A DNA stretch of 64,000 nt, from positions 992,001-1,056,000 of the forward strand of contig OZ220089.1 of the NCBI GenBank assembly GCA_964291625.2, read 5' to 3'. Positions within the stretch are counted from its first letter, which is position 1; every line of letters starts with the position of its first letter. Both the position numbers and the translations under genes were made by a program. The DNA comes from Candidatus Latescibacterota bacterium. Lineage in GTDB: Bacteria > Latescibacterota > UBA2968 > UBA8231. Positions 52,936 through 62,529 of the stretch are shown here, piece by piece. Under the pieces are notes generated by a model. It searched no databases. It was not told the DNA's origin and worked only from the letters and a program-made list of their open reading frames with translations.

Positions 52936-53715
52936 GTGGAAGCAGCCCAGCTCAGAGCCCTGCTCGACCAGGTCGCCGCCGGCGCGGCGAGCCCGGAGCA
53001 GGCCCTGGAGCGCCTGCGCAACCTGCCCTTCGAGGATCTCGGCTTCGCCCGCGTCGACCACCACCGCGCCCTGCGCCGCGGCTATCCCGAGACGATCTTC
53101 TGCCAGGGCAAGACCCCCGGGCAGACGGTGGCCATCGCCGAGCGCCTCGCCGCCGCCGGGTCCCTGGTGCTGGCGACCCGGGCCGAGCCCGCCACCGCCC
53201 GGGCCCTTGTCGAGCGCTTCCCCGCGGCCGAGCACGACGAGGAGGCGCGCACCGTGGTCATCCTCCCGGATGACGCACCCTCCCCGACGCCCGACGGGCT
53301 CGTCCTCGTCCTGTCGGCCGGCACCTCCGACGTGCCGGTCGCCCGCGAGGCCCTGGTCACGGCCCGGACCATGGGCGCCCATGCCGAGGGGATCTTCGAC
53401 GTGGGCGTGGCCGGCATCCACCGGCTCCTCGCCTGCCGCGAGCGCCTCCTCGAGGCCCGGGCGATCGTCGTCGCCGCCGGCATGGAGGGGGCTCTGGCCA
53501 GCGTCGTGGGCGGGCTCGTGGAGGCCCCGGTCATCGCCGTGCCCACGAGCGTGGGCTACGGGGCCAGCTTCGGCGGCCTGGCGGCGCTGCTGACCATGCT
53601 CAACTCCTGCGCCCCGGGGGTGATGGTGGTCAACATCGACAACGGCTACGGCGCCGGGTACGCGGCGGCGGTGATCAACGCCCGTTCCGCCGGGCCGGAC
53701 GCCCCCGCCCGGTAG
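52936..53715 (+). CDS. larB: Nickel-pincer cofactor biosynthesis protein LarB (PurE-like)
   Basis: DHHRALRRGYPE, AGTSD, DVGVAGIHRL, AGMEGAL, PTSVGYG, VNIDNG. Confidence 0.92.
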   Translation: MEAAQLRALLDQVAAGAASPEQALERLRNLPFEDLGFARVDHHRALRRGYPETIFCQGKTPGQTVAIAERLAAAGSLVLATRAEPATARALVERFPAAEHDEEARTVVILPDDAPSPTPDGLVLVLSAGTSDVPVAREALVTARTMGAHAEGIFDVGVAGIHRLLACRERLLEARAIVVAAGMEGALASVVGGLVEAPVIAVPTSVGYGASFGGLAALLTMLNSCAPGVMVVNIDNGYGAGYAAAVINARSAGPDAPAR

Positions 53716-53717
53716 CC

Positions 53718-54353
53718 TTGGCGGTCGACACGGCTGTCGCCGTCCTCGTGGGGGGGCGCAGCCGGCGCATGGAGGGCCGCGCCAAGGCGGCCCTGCCTCT
53801 CGGCGGCCACACCGTCCTCGAGCGGGTCCTCCACAAGGCCGACGGCCTCGGCTGTCCGGTGGCGCTGGTGGCCGGCCGCGAGGCCGCGGCCGACGGCGTT
53901 GAGCTGGCCGGGTTGCTGGAGCGGCTCGGCCGGCCCGTGGTCCGCGACCTCCACGCTGACGCCGGCCCCCTCGGCGGCCTGGAGACCGCCTTCGCCGCCA
54001 CCGGGGCGGGCCGGGTGCTGCTGCTGGCCTGCGACCTCCCCTTCCTGACCCTTGCGTTTCTGAGCTACCTGCTGTCCCAGGCCGAGGGCGGATCGGCCGT
54101 CGTCCCGGCCGAGGAGGACGGCCGCTGCCACCCCCTGTGCGCGGTCTACCCGGCCTCCTGCCGGGGGGAGCTGAGCAACCACATCGAGACCCGCCGGCTG
54201 CGGGCCCACGACTTCGTCCGCGCCATCGGCGCCCGGCTCCTGCCCCGGCCCCTCTGGCAGCGCTTCGACCCCCGGGACCGGCTGCTGGCCAACCTCAACG
54301 AGCCGGCGGACTACCGCCGGGCCCTGCGGTGGCTGGAGAAGGCCGGCGGCTGA
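53718..54353 (+). CDS. mobA: Molybdenum cofactor guanylyltransferase
   Basis: GGRSRRM..KA, GPLGG, ACDLP, HPLCAVY, NLNEP. Confidence 0.85.
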   Translation: MAVDTAVAVLVGGRSRRMEGRAKAALPLGGHTVLERVLHKADGLGCPVALVAGREAAADGVELAGLLERLGRPVVRDLHADAGPLGGLETAFAATGAGRVLLLACDLPFLTLAFLSYLLSQAEGGSAVVPAEEDGRCHPLCAVYPASCRGELSNHIETRRLRAHDFVRAIGARLLPRPLWQRFDPRDRLLANLNEPADYRRALRWLEKAGG

Positions 54354-54383
54354 GGCCGGGCCTGGCGACTGCGCGCTCAGGCG

Positions 54384-55241
54384 CTACAGGCTGTGGTCGA
54401 CGATGGAGAGCAGGAACAGCAGCGGCAGGTAGAGCACGGAGGCCCGCAGGAGGCGGCGGGCGTCGCCGGTGGCCCGCGACCGCGCCAGGGTCACACCCGG
54501 TGCGAGCAGCAGCAGGCCGAGGACCAGGGCCCCCGCCCCGTAGAGCATCCCCGACATGCCCAGCGCCGCGGGCAGCACCGAGAAGGCCAGCAGCATCAGG
54601 CTGAAGGCCAGGACGTGGCGGCAGGTACGGTCGCCGCGCTCCTCCAGCACCGGGAGCATGCGGAACCCGCCGCGCCGGTAGTCGTCGCGGAAGATCCAGG
54701 CGATGGCGTAGAAGTGGGGGTGCTGCCAGGCGAAGAGGATGGCGAAGAGCACCCAGGCGCCGGCGTCGAGACCGCCCGTGGCCGCCGCCCAGCCGCCGAC
54801 GGGGGGCAGGGCCCCGGGGATGCTGCCGAGGGAGGTGTTGAGCCAGGTGAGCCGCTTCAGCGGCGTGTAGACGACCACGTAGAGGAAGGCCGTCAGCAGG
54901 GCCAGCCAGGCGGTGAGCAGGTTCACCCCGAGGACGAGCACGATCTGTCCGCCGAGGATCAGGAGGAACCCGAGGGACAGGGCCGTCGACGGCTGCACGT
55001 CGCCGGCGGGCAGGGGCCGGGAGCGGGTGCGCCGCATGAGGGCGTCCACGTCGCGCTCGAGGTAATGGTTGAGGACCCCGGAGCCGGAGGCGGTGAGGGC
55101 GGTGCCGAGCAGGGTCAGGCCGAGGAGGCCGAGGCCGGCCTGGCCCTGGCCGCCGAGGTGGAACCCCAGGGCGGCGGCCACCAGGACCATGGCCACGATG
55201 CGCGGCTTGGTGAGCTCGAAGCAGGCCTGCAGGAGGGTCAT
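54384..55241 (-). CDS. cyoE: Protoheme IX farnesyltransferase (heme o synthase)
   Basis: LTKPRI, ERDVDALMRRTRSRPL, YTPLKR, WQHPHF. Confidence 0.93.
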   Translation of the reverse strand: MTLLQACFELTKPRIVAMVLVAAALGFHLGGQGQAGLGLLGLTLLGTALTASGSGVLNHYLERDVDALMRRTRSRPLPAGDVQPSTALSLGFLLILGGQIVLVLGVNLLTAWLALLTAFLYVVVYTPLKRLTWLNTSLGSIPGALPPVGGWAAATGGLDAGAWVLFAILFAWQHPHFYAIAWIFRDDYRRGGFRMLPVLEERGDRTCRHVLAFSLMLLAFSVLPAALGMSGMLYGAGALVLGLLLLAPGVTLARSRATGDARRLLRASVLYLPLLFLLSIVDHSL

Positions 55242-55280
55242 CGCCGACAGAAGATGACCGTTCTCGGCGATCCCCTCAAA

Positions 55281-56543
55281 TCAGCGGCACAGGTAGTCGA
55301 CGCAGGTGGCGGCATGGACCTTCAGCACCTGCCCGAACTCCGGCTCGAGGATGGACTCGTCGGGGACGGCGATGTTCTCCAGGTCCGTTCCGTAGATCGC
55401 CGCAGGGATCCCCCGCTGCCACCAGAACCGGGTATCCGTCGAGCCGTAGCTGGTGTTGATCTCGATCTCGCGCCCCGTGACGGCGCGGGCGTTGGCGGCC
55501 ACGGCGCGCACGATCTCCTCGTCGGGGGACGAGCAGGCCGCCTCCAGGCAGTCCGTCCATTCGAGGCCGATCTCGCCGCGGTCGAAGCCGGTGCCGGCCA
55601 GGACCTCCTCCACCTTCTCCTGCAGGTCCCGCGTCGACACGCCGATAGGGGTGCGGAAGTCGACCTCCATGCGGCAGGCCGTGGGGATCGTGTTGCTCTG
55701 CACGCCGCCCTGGATCACGCCGACATTGACCGTGGTCGAATCGGCCACCCACTCCTTGCCGGCCAGCTCGCCCCGCCGGACCGAGCGGTCCCTCCCCCGG
55801 TCCACGGCGCCGGCCACCTCGGGCGGGGTCACTAGGCGCCAGCCCTTCAGCGTCATCAGCGCCCCGGCCACGGTCATCGCCCTGGCGATGGCGTCGTCCT
55901 CCACCGGCACCGCCGCCAGGCCGCCGCCGTGTCGGGTCTCGACGACCAGCGTGTACTTGCCCTTGTGGCCGATCAGCACCTGGTCCATGCAGGTGGGCTC
56001 GCTGTTGAGGCAGGCGTCGCCGCGGGTCATGGGCACGTTGTCCAGCAGCCAGTCCGAGCCCCAGAACCCGCCCGTCTCCTCGTCGCCCACCAGGGTCAGG
56101 GTCAGCTGCCCCCGGATGGGGACCTCCAGCTCGTGGAGCAGCACCAGCGACAGCAGGGAGGCCACCGATCCCGCCTTCATGTCGCCCACGCCGCGGCCGA
56201 GGATGCGGCCGTCCCGGCACTCGCCGGAGTAGGGGTCGAAGGACCAGTCCTCCGGGTCCCCCGCCGGGAACTGGTCCAGGTGGCCGTTGAGGACGAGGTT
56301 GCGGCCGGCCTCGCGGCCCCGGATCCAGGAGACCAGGCTCTGCACCGTCGGCTGGGGCTCGTAGGCGTCGGCGGGCAGACCTTTCGACTTCAGGTAGCGG
56401 ACCAGGTACTCGACACAGGCCGTGGTGTCGCCGGGCGGGTTGTCCGTGGGGATGGCGACCACGTCGCGCAGCACCCCCAGGAACTCCGGCATCCGGCGGT
56501 CGACCTCGGCGAAGAGGCGCCGCTTCAGGTCGTCGGTGTTCAT
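55281..56543 (-). CDS. M20-family (ArgE/DapE-like) metallohydrolase
   Basis: NGHLD, GRGVGDMK, DEETGG. Confidence 0.88.
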   Translation of the reverse strand: MNTDDLKRRLFAEVDRRMPEFLGVLRDVVAIPTDNPPGDTTACVEYLVRYLKSKGLPADAYEPQPTVQSLVSWIRGREAGRNLVLNGHLDQFPAGDPEDWSFDPYSGECRDGRILGRGVGDMKAGSVASLLSLVLLHELEVPIRGQLTLTLVGDEETGGFWGSDWLLDNVPMTRGDACLNSEPTCMDQVLIGHKGKYTLVVETRHGGGLAAVPVEDDAIARAMTVAGALMTLKGWRLVTPPEVAGAVDRGRDRSVRRGELAGKEWVADSTTVNVGVIQGGVQSNTIPTACRMEVDFRTPIGVSTRDLQEKVEEVLAGTGFDRGEIGLEWTDCLEAACSSPDEEIVRAVAANARAVTGREIEINTSYGSTDTRFWWQRGIPAAIYGTDLENIAVPDESILEPEFGQVLKVHAATCVDYLCR

Positions 56544-57454
56544 TCCAGCCACTCCGGGTGACGGGCCCGCAGGCCGGCGACGCAGGCCTCGTAGACCTCG
56601 AGGGGAAAGGACTGGTACGGCGACAGCAGCCGCAGGGGCATGTCGATGCCGCTGGCGCGCACGATCATCTTGTCCCAGGCGCCGTCGATCAGGTCGCCGA
56701 AGGCCTTCGCCGGCTCCCAGAACACGTCGGCCACGGCGAGGTACTCGGCGTGGAGGCGGGCCAGCTCGCCGAAGCGGCCCGACCTGCCCAGCTCGAAGAG
56801 CTCCTTCGTCTGCGCCGGGAACATGGCGCCGTACGAGGACAGGAGCCCGCACTCTCCGTGCCGGCAGCCGAGGGGGAAGTTGGCCTCTCCGTAGAAGTGC
56901 ATCAGCTCCGTCTCCCGCGCCAGCTCCAGGGTCTCGCCGATGCCGAGGCCGGTGCTCTTGGTGCCCACGAGGTTGCCCACGGCGTCCTGCAGCCGCCGGT
57001 AATCGGCGGCGTAGAGCAGCCGCTTCGGCCGCGGCAGGTTGTAGTGCACGAACCTCGCATCCGGGAAGGAACCGCACACATCGGTGAAGTACGTCAGCAG
57101 CTCGGCGTCGTTGAGCGCCTCCCAGGGCGGCAGGGAGATCTGGAAGACCCGGAAGCCGGCGTCGCAGGCGATGCCGACGCGCTCGACGACCTGCGCCGTG
57201 GACATGCCGAGGCAGCCGACCATGGGATGGACGCCCTCGCGGTCGGTCTCCTCGCGGAAGACGGCGACGATCTCCCGGAAGACGGGCACGGTCACGGCGT
57301 AGCCCTCGCCGGCGGTGCCGAAGATGTAGAGGTTGTCGAACCGGTCCAGCGCCGCCCGGATCTCCTGGCGGAAGACCTCCTCCATCAGGCGCTCCTCGTC
57401 GTCCCAGGGGATCTCGCAACTCACCAGGATCGCGGCATGATACCGTTTCGTCAC
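56540..57454 (-). CDS. Dihydrodipicolinate synthase-family (class I aldolase) protein
   Basis: GTAGEG, HYN, catalytic-position Lys in GTKST. Confidence 0.75.
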   Translation of the reverse strand: MTKRYHAAILVSCEIPWDDEERLMEEVFRQEIRAALDRFDNLYIFGTAGEGYAVTVPVFREIVAVFREETDREGVHPMVGCLGMSTAQVVERVGIACDAGFRVFQISLPPWEALNDAELLTYFTDVCGSFPDARFVHYNLPRPKRLLYAADYRRLQDAVGNLVGTKSTGLGIGETLELARETELMHFYGEANFPLGCRHGECGLLSSYGAMFPAQTKELFELGRSGRFGELARLHAEYLAVADVFWEPAKAFGDLIDGAWDKMIVRASGIDMPLRLLSPYQSFPLEVYEACVAGLRARHPEWLE

Positions 57455-57480
57455 TGCTGCCTCCTCGGGGCCGGCGCCCC

Positions 57481-57648
57481 TCAGCTGCCCGCCTCACGCG
57501 TTACGGACGACTCGAAGAACCGCTCCTGGAATTCCGTGAGGGCGAGGATCTGCTCATCGGAGTACTCCCTGCCGTGGGGTACGACGATCAGCTTGTCGTC
57601 ATCGTCGTCGGATCGTTGAATCACGGCGATGCAACATCGACCGCCCAT
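57481..57648 (-). pseudogene. C-terminal fragment of a small inorganic-pyrophosphatase-like protein
   Basis: GRCCIAVIQRSDDDDDKLIVVP..YSDEQILALTEFQERFF; the N-terminal half is absent. Confidence 0.55.
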
Positions 57649-57731
57649 CCTGAGACCGTCAGCAAGAAAGACCTTGATTGCGCTCTCGATCAAGCGGATC
57701 CTGTGACCGCCGCGGGAGATCCTCCCCTCCC

Positions 57732-58004
57732 ATGGAACTCGATATCAGGGTGCAGCCGAAGGCCGGACGGAACAGCGTCGAGGTCGACGGCGACAGGGTC
57801 ACGGTGCGGGTGACCGCACCTCCTGAAGGCGGCAAGGCCAACGCAGCCGTCGTGGCCCTGCTGGCCAAGCGCCTCGAGGTCGCCAGGGGGAGGGTGCAGA
57901 TCGTGGGCGGGCACAAGGGGCGTGACAAGCGGGTGCGCATCGAGGATGTTGCGCCCGGAGAGCTCCTCGCCCGCTTGTCCCGGATCCAGGAGGAAAGAGG
58001 ATGA
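57732..58004 (+). CDS. DUF167 (YggU) family protein
   Basis: VQPKA..VRVTAPPEGGKAN..G..RDK. Confidence 0.88.
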   Translation: MELDIRVQPKAGRNSVEVDGDRVTVRVTAPPEGGKANAAVVALLAKRLEVARGRVQIVGGHKGRDKRVRIEDVAPGELLARLSRIQEERG

Positions 58005-58708
58005 AGTCGAACAGGGCGGACGCAAAGGCAGTCGGCATGCCGCCCTGGCTGCTGGCGGCGCTGGTGGTCGCCCTTCTGGCGCTTCCTGGCATCGGTGCTC
58101 GTTACTGGCTCAACGGGGATCTCCACATCATCCACTCTCTGCTGAGTCTGTTCTTCTCGATCAATCTGCTGATCTGCTACTGGGAGGTGTGTCTGTTTCT
58201 CAGGCGGGACCATATCGAGACGCGCACGGAGTTCTGGCGCAGGCGGCAGCGTGAGACCGGGCGAACGCCGGCCGTCGAGTTCCTCTCCTGCAAGGTGCCC
58301 CTGAGACAGGCCTGGTCCCCCACTCTCTGGGCGGATGTCTGGGCCACGTATTCGCTCTTCGATGGATCGTTTGCGGATCGCCGCACATGGGGGTTCAATG
58401 CCGATGTGGCCAACGGTTTCGTGACGCCGGTTCCGACACTGATCCTCTACGCGGCCTGTACCGTCGGTTTCCTGCCGCCAGTCGTCGCCGGCATCCTCGG
58501 GCTCATGCTATGCTGGCAGTGGACCTACGTGACGTCGGTCTACTGGGTCAGTTTCCTCCTGGCCAGGAGGCAGCGCGAGATCACCAGGGCCGAGCTGTAC
58601 ACCTACATCGGCGCCATGAATGCCCCCTGGGTGCTGTTCGCGTTGCTGGGACTGTACGTGTCCCTTCGCCTGATCCTGGACGGCGACTACGGCGCTCTGG
58701 GGTACTGA
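58001..58708 (+). CDS. Hypothetical integral membrane protein (possibly EXPERA/EBP-like)
   Basis: About 5 TM segments; W..Y..D..F motif; ATGA-coupled to the DUF167 gene. Confidence 0.55.
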   Translation: MKSNRADAKAVGMPPWLLAALVVALLALPGIGARYWLNGDLHIIHSLLSLFFSINLLICYWEVCLFLRRDHIETRTEFWRRRQRETGRTPAVEFLSCKVPLRQAWSPTLWADVWATYSLFDGSFADRRTWGFNADVANGFVTPVPTLILYAACTVGFLPPVVAGILGLMLCWQWTYVTSVYWVSFLLARRQREITRAELYTYIGAMNAPWVLFALLGLYVSLRLILDGDYGALGY

Positions 58709-58780
58709 CCGCCGGTCCTTTCCCCGGGAAGCCACCGCCTCTACACTACCCGATTCCCCTTCCACCACCCCGACCCGCCA

Positions 58781-59617
58781 GTGACAAACGCCCAATCCGC
58801 CCCCGAGAAGCCGTATCTCCTCGGCACCGACGCCGAGGAGGGACGGCGGCTCGAGCGGCAGCATCGCCTGTGGTCGCGGGAAACGCACGACCTCTGGGAG
58901 CGCGCCGGATTCGGTCCGGGCGACCGTCTGCTCGATCTCGGCTGCGGTCCGGGATTCGCCGCTCTCGAGCTGGCGCACCGGGTCGGTGCCGGCGGACAGG
59001 TGATCGCCGTGGACGAGTCGCGCCGATTCATCGAGACCCTGGTCCGGGAGTCGGGGCGGCGAGGGCTCGCCCAGCTCGAGGCGCGCCTGGAGCAGGTCGA
59101 AGCCCTGCGGCTCGAGCCCGGTTGCCTCGACGGCGCCTTCGCGCGCTGGCTGTTCTGCTTTCTCCCGGACCCGGCGCCGGTCGTCGAGAGGGTCGTGTCG
59201 GGCCTGCGGCCGGGGGGCCGCTTCGTGGTCTGGGACTACATGAACTACCGGGCGACGAAGCTGCATCCGCAGAGCCCGGCGTGCGACCGCGTGCTCGCGG
59301 CGGTATACGAAAGCTGGCGCCTCAGCGGAGGAGATCTCGATGTCGGCGCCCGGCTTCCCGGCTTGCTCGCGGCCTCCGGATGCAACGTGGTCGATCTGGT
59401 TCCGATCGTGCGCTTCGCCCGGCCCGGCACGGCCCTGTGGGAGTGGCCGACGGGGTTCTTCTTCGGCTACATGCCGCGGCTGGTGGAAGCCGGCCTGCTG
59501 ACGGAAACGGAACGCCGCGCCTTCGAGGCCGAGTGGCGTGAACTCGAGCGGGACCCCGGCGCCTTCCTGTCGGCGCCGCCCATGGTGGGAATCATCGCGG
59601 AGAAGCGCCGGTCATGA
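58781..59617 (+). CDS. Class I SAM-dependent methyltransferase
   Basis: LDLGCGPG, LRPGG. Confidence 0.88.
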   Translation: MTNAQSAPEKPYLLGTDAEEGRRLERQHRLWSRETHDLWERAGFGPGDRLLDLGCGPGFAALELAHRVGAGGQVIAVDESRRFIETLVRESGRRGLAQLEARLEQVEALRLEPGCLDGAFARWLFCFLPDPAPVVERVVSGLRPGGRFVVWDYMNYRATKLHPQSPACDRVLAAVYESWRLSGGDLDVGARLPGLLAASGCNVVDLVPIVRFARPGTALWEWPTGFFFGYMPRLVEAGLLTETERRAFEAEWRELERDPGAFLSAPPMVGIIAEKRRS

Positions 59618-60396
59618 GCGACGAGGCGTACGCCCTGGGCCACTCCCAACTGGCAGCCGAACGGCTGCAGCTGGTGGCGCGGCTCTTCGAGCCCGAGATG
59701 AGGCAATTCATCCGGGACGCCGCTCCCCCTCGGCCCAGGGTCGCGGTGGACCTCGGCTGCGGCCCCGGCTGCACCACCCGGCTCCTGCAGGAAGTCTCGG
59801 GCGCCGCCCTGGCCGTCGGCGTCGACCTGTCGGAGGACTTCCTGCGACTGGCGGACTCCGCCCCGGCGCTGCGGTTCGTGCGGCACGACCTGACCGAGGG
59901 CCCGCCGCCGGTGGCAGCCGCGGACCTTCTGTTCTGCCACCTGCTGCTCTCTCACCTCGCGGACCCGGTGGGGGCCATCGAGTCCTGGAAGGCCTGCCTG
60001 ACCCCCGCGGGTGTCATCCTCGTGGACGAGGTCGATTCCATCCAGACGGATGACCCGGTCTTCGTCGAGTACCTGGCCCTGGTGGAAGAAGCGATCGCCG
60101 GCCGCGGAGGCGAGCTCTACGTGGGCCGGAAGCTGGCGGAGGCCGGAGCACCGAGGGGCCTGCGCCTCCGCTCCAGCCGAGTCGCGCCGCAGGGCGTGGC
60201 TGCTAGGGACGCGGCCGCCATGTTCGGGATGACCTTCCAGACGCTCCGCGAGGACCGCGCGGTGCAGGCCGCGGCCGGTCCCGCGGGACTTGCGGCCCTG
60301 GGCCGGGCCCTCGACGCCAGGACCACACGCGAAGATCAGCACCCGCTCGAGTGGAGCATGCGGCAGATCGTCTACGAGCCGCGGCCCTCGGCCTGA
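59614..60396 (+). CDS. Class I SAM-dependent methyltransferase
   Basis: VDLGCGPG, GVDLS. Confidence 0.85.
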   Translation: MSDEAYALGHSQLAAERLQLVARLFEPEMRQFIRDAAPPRPRVAVDLGCGPGCTTRLLQEVSGAALAVGVDLSEDFLRLADSAPALRFVRHDLTEGPPPVAAADLLFCHLLLSHLADPVGAIESWKACLTPAGVILVDEVDSIQTDDPVFVEYLALVEEAIAGRGGELYVGRKLAEAGAPRGLRLRSSRVAPQGVAARDAAAMFGMTFQTLREDRAVQAAAGPAGLAALGRALDARTTREDQHPLEWSMRQIVYEPRPSA

Positions 60397-60399
60397 CCG

Positions 60400-61893
60400 A
60401 TGCAACCCCCACCCACGCCCTTCCTCGACTGGTACGGCATCTGGCCGTCCCACCGCAAGCTCGAGGACGACGGCACCGTCTGGTCGCAGGACCCGCCCCG
60501 GGGCATCGCCCTGGAGCCCGAAGTCGCCCGCAAGTCCGAGGTCTTCTTCCACAAGGAGCGCCCCTGGGAGCAGGGAGCCAACCTGCAGATCAACGCCATG
60601 CTCCACGAGGACGGGCGCTACCGGCTCTGGTACGGCGTGCAGCGCCTCGACGACATCACCCGCTCTTGCGTCTGCTACGCCGAGAGCGACGACGGCTTTG
60701 ACTGGCGGCGGCCGGATCTCGGCTTGTGCGAGTACGAAGGCTCGACCCGGAACAACATCATCAGCCTCGATCGCGACCATCCCCTCGGCTGCGTCTTCCT
60801 CGACCCCGGCGCCCCGGCGGCCGAGCGCTACAAGGCCGTCGGCCCGGGGGCGCGGTACTTCCGCGGCGGCCGGCCCGACCCGGAGATGGACTCGGCGCGC
60901 TTCAAGGCCCTGCTCGTGGCCCGCGACCTCGGCGACGTGTCGGCCGGCGAGAAGGCCCGGGGCATCGAGATCCGCCAGCAGTTGCTGGGCGCCACCTCTC
61001 CCGACGGCATCCACTGGACGAATCTCGGCGCCCCCGTCTTCGACGCCGGCGCGACCCAGCTCGACACCCACAACCTCTGCGCCTACGACCCCCACGAGGG
61101 GCGGTACGTGGCCTACCTGCGGGGACACATCGACCGCCGGCGCCTGGTGCGCCGCGCCTCGGGGCCCCGGTTCGACGCACTGGCCGACCCGCGGCCCTGC
61201 CTCCTGCCCGACCCCCTGGACCCGATCGACGACGACATCTACAGCCCCTGCTACACGCCCTACCCCGGCGCGCAGCCGCGCTACCTGATGTTCCCGTCGG
61301 TCTACCACCGCATCGCCTCCACCGTCGACGTGCAGCTCGCCGTCAGCCGCGACAGCCACCACTGGGTGCGGCCCTTCCGCCGGCCCATCATCGATCTGGC
61401 CCATGAGGACGGGACCTACGGCCAGCTCTACGCCTGCCCGAACCTCATCGCCGACGGCCGCAACTGGCGGCTGCCCTTCAGAGGCTACCAGCGCCGCCAC
61501 GACTTCCTCCGCCGCGGCGCCGTCTACCCCGAGGACGGGGAGTTCCGCTGGGCCTGCTGGGAGCCGGACCGGCTCGCCGGGATCGAGGCCGGGGGCGAGG
61601 GGCGGGTCACCCTCATCGAGCGGACCTGCTCCGGCGGCGAGCTGCTGCTCAACTATCGCACCGCCCCGGACGGCTGGATCAAGGCGGAGATCGTGCAGAC
61701 CATTCACACCCCTCCCCGCCCCGTTGACGCCCACCCCGGCTTCTCGCTCTCCGAGGCCGATCCCCTCACGGGAGACTCCATCTCCGAAGCGGCGAGCTGG
61801 CGGGGCCGCGCCGACCTGACGGCCCTCGGGGGGGAGAACGTCGGCCTCCGGTTCCACCTGTACAAGGCCAAGCTGTTCTCGGTATCGATCTGA
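60400..61893 (+). CDS. Hypothetical glycoside-hydrolase-like beta-propeller protein
   Basis: YRLWY, ESDDGFDW, ERYK, SPDGIHW; same architecture as 13071-14540. Confidence 0.65.
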   Translation: MQPPPTPFLDWYGIWPSHRKLEDDGTVWSQDPPRGIALEPEVARKSEVFFHKERPWEQGANLQINAMLHEDGRYRLWYGVQRLDDITRSCVCYAESDDGFDWRRPDLGLCEYEGSTRNNIISLDRDHPLGCVFLDPGAPAAERYKAVGPGARYFRGGRPDPEMDSARFKALLVARDLGDVSAGEKARGIEIRQQLLGATSPDGIHWTNLGAPVFDAGATQLDTHNLCAYDPHEGRYVAYLRGHIDRRRLVRRASGPRFDALADPRPCLLPDPLDPIDDDIYSPCYTPYPGAQPRYLMFPSVYHRIASTVDVQLAVSRDSHHWVRPFRRPIIDLAHEDGTYGQLYACPNLIADGRNWRLPFRGYQRRHDFLRRGAVYPEDGEFRWACWEPDRLAGIEAGGEGRVTLIERTCSGGELLLNYRTAPDGWIKAEIVQTIHTPPRPVDAHPGFSLSEADPLTGDSISEAASWRGRADLTALGGENVGLRFHLYKAKLFSVSI

Positions 61894-61986
61894 GGGTTCG
61901 GCGCGGCACCGGGAACTCCGAAGAACCAGGGACGCCGCGCCTCCATCGCCTGTCGCTCAACCCGCCCATCGCAGACGGAGGAATCC

Positions 61987-62472
61987 ATGCCGGGCCGCAC
62001 AGTGACCGCAGCATCCATTGCAGCCATTGCAGCCATCGCCGCCGGCGTCATCTCCATCGCCGCCGCCCACGAGGACGATCACGCGGCCGCGGAGCCCGGC
62101 CGCACGGCCTTCACCGCCATGACGCCGATCCTCAACGTCAAGAGCGTCGAGGCGAGCATCGAGCACTACACGTCGGTCCTCGGGTTCCGCAAGGAGTGGG
62201 ACTGGCCCGCCGAGGACGAGGACAAGAGCTTCGCCTCCATATCCAATGGCCGGGCGCGCCTCTACCTGGCCGAGAACAACCAGGGCGCCCGGCCCGTGTG
62301 GATCTACTACGGCGTCGATGACGTCGACGCGCTGCACGAGGATTACCTGGCGGCCGGAGCGGAGATAAGGCAGGAGCCCACCGACAGGCCCTGGGGCGCC
62401 CGGGAGATGCTGGTGGCGGACCTGGACGGCCACGTCCTGCGCATCGGGGGCCCGGTCGAGGGGGACCACTAG
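61987..62472 (+). CDS. VOC/glyoxalase-bleomycin-resistance family protein with signal peptide
   Basis: Y..VLGF, VDDVDAL, PWGARE..DLDGH; GGAGG SD. Confidence 0.8.
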   Translation: MPGRTVTAASIAAIAAIAAGVISIAAAHEDDHAAAEPGRTAFTAMTPILNVKSVEASIEHYTSVLGFRKEWDWPAEDEDKSFASISNGRARLYLAENNQGARPVWIYYGVDDVDALHEDYLAAGAEIRQEPTDRPWGAREMLVADLDGHVLRIGGPVEGDH

Positions 62473-62529
62473 CCGTGGGCCGGCGAAGTGGCTGGCCTGC
62501 CCGGCGAGGATGACACCCGAGGAGGAGGT

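Noticed and set aside
62015-62040. 9-bp tandem repeat (CCATTGCAG)
   Set aside because: An in-frame Ile-Ala-Ala repeat in a signal peptide; no frame switching.
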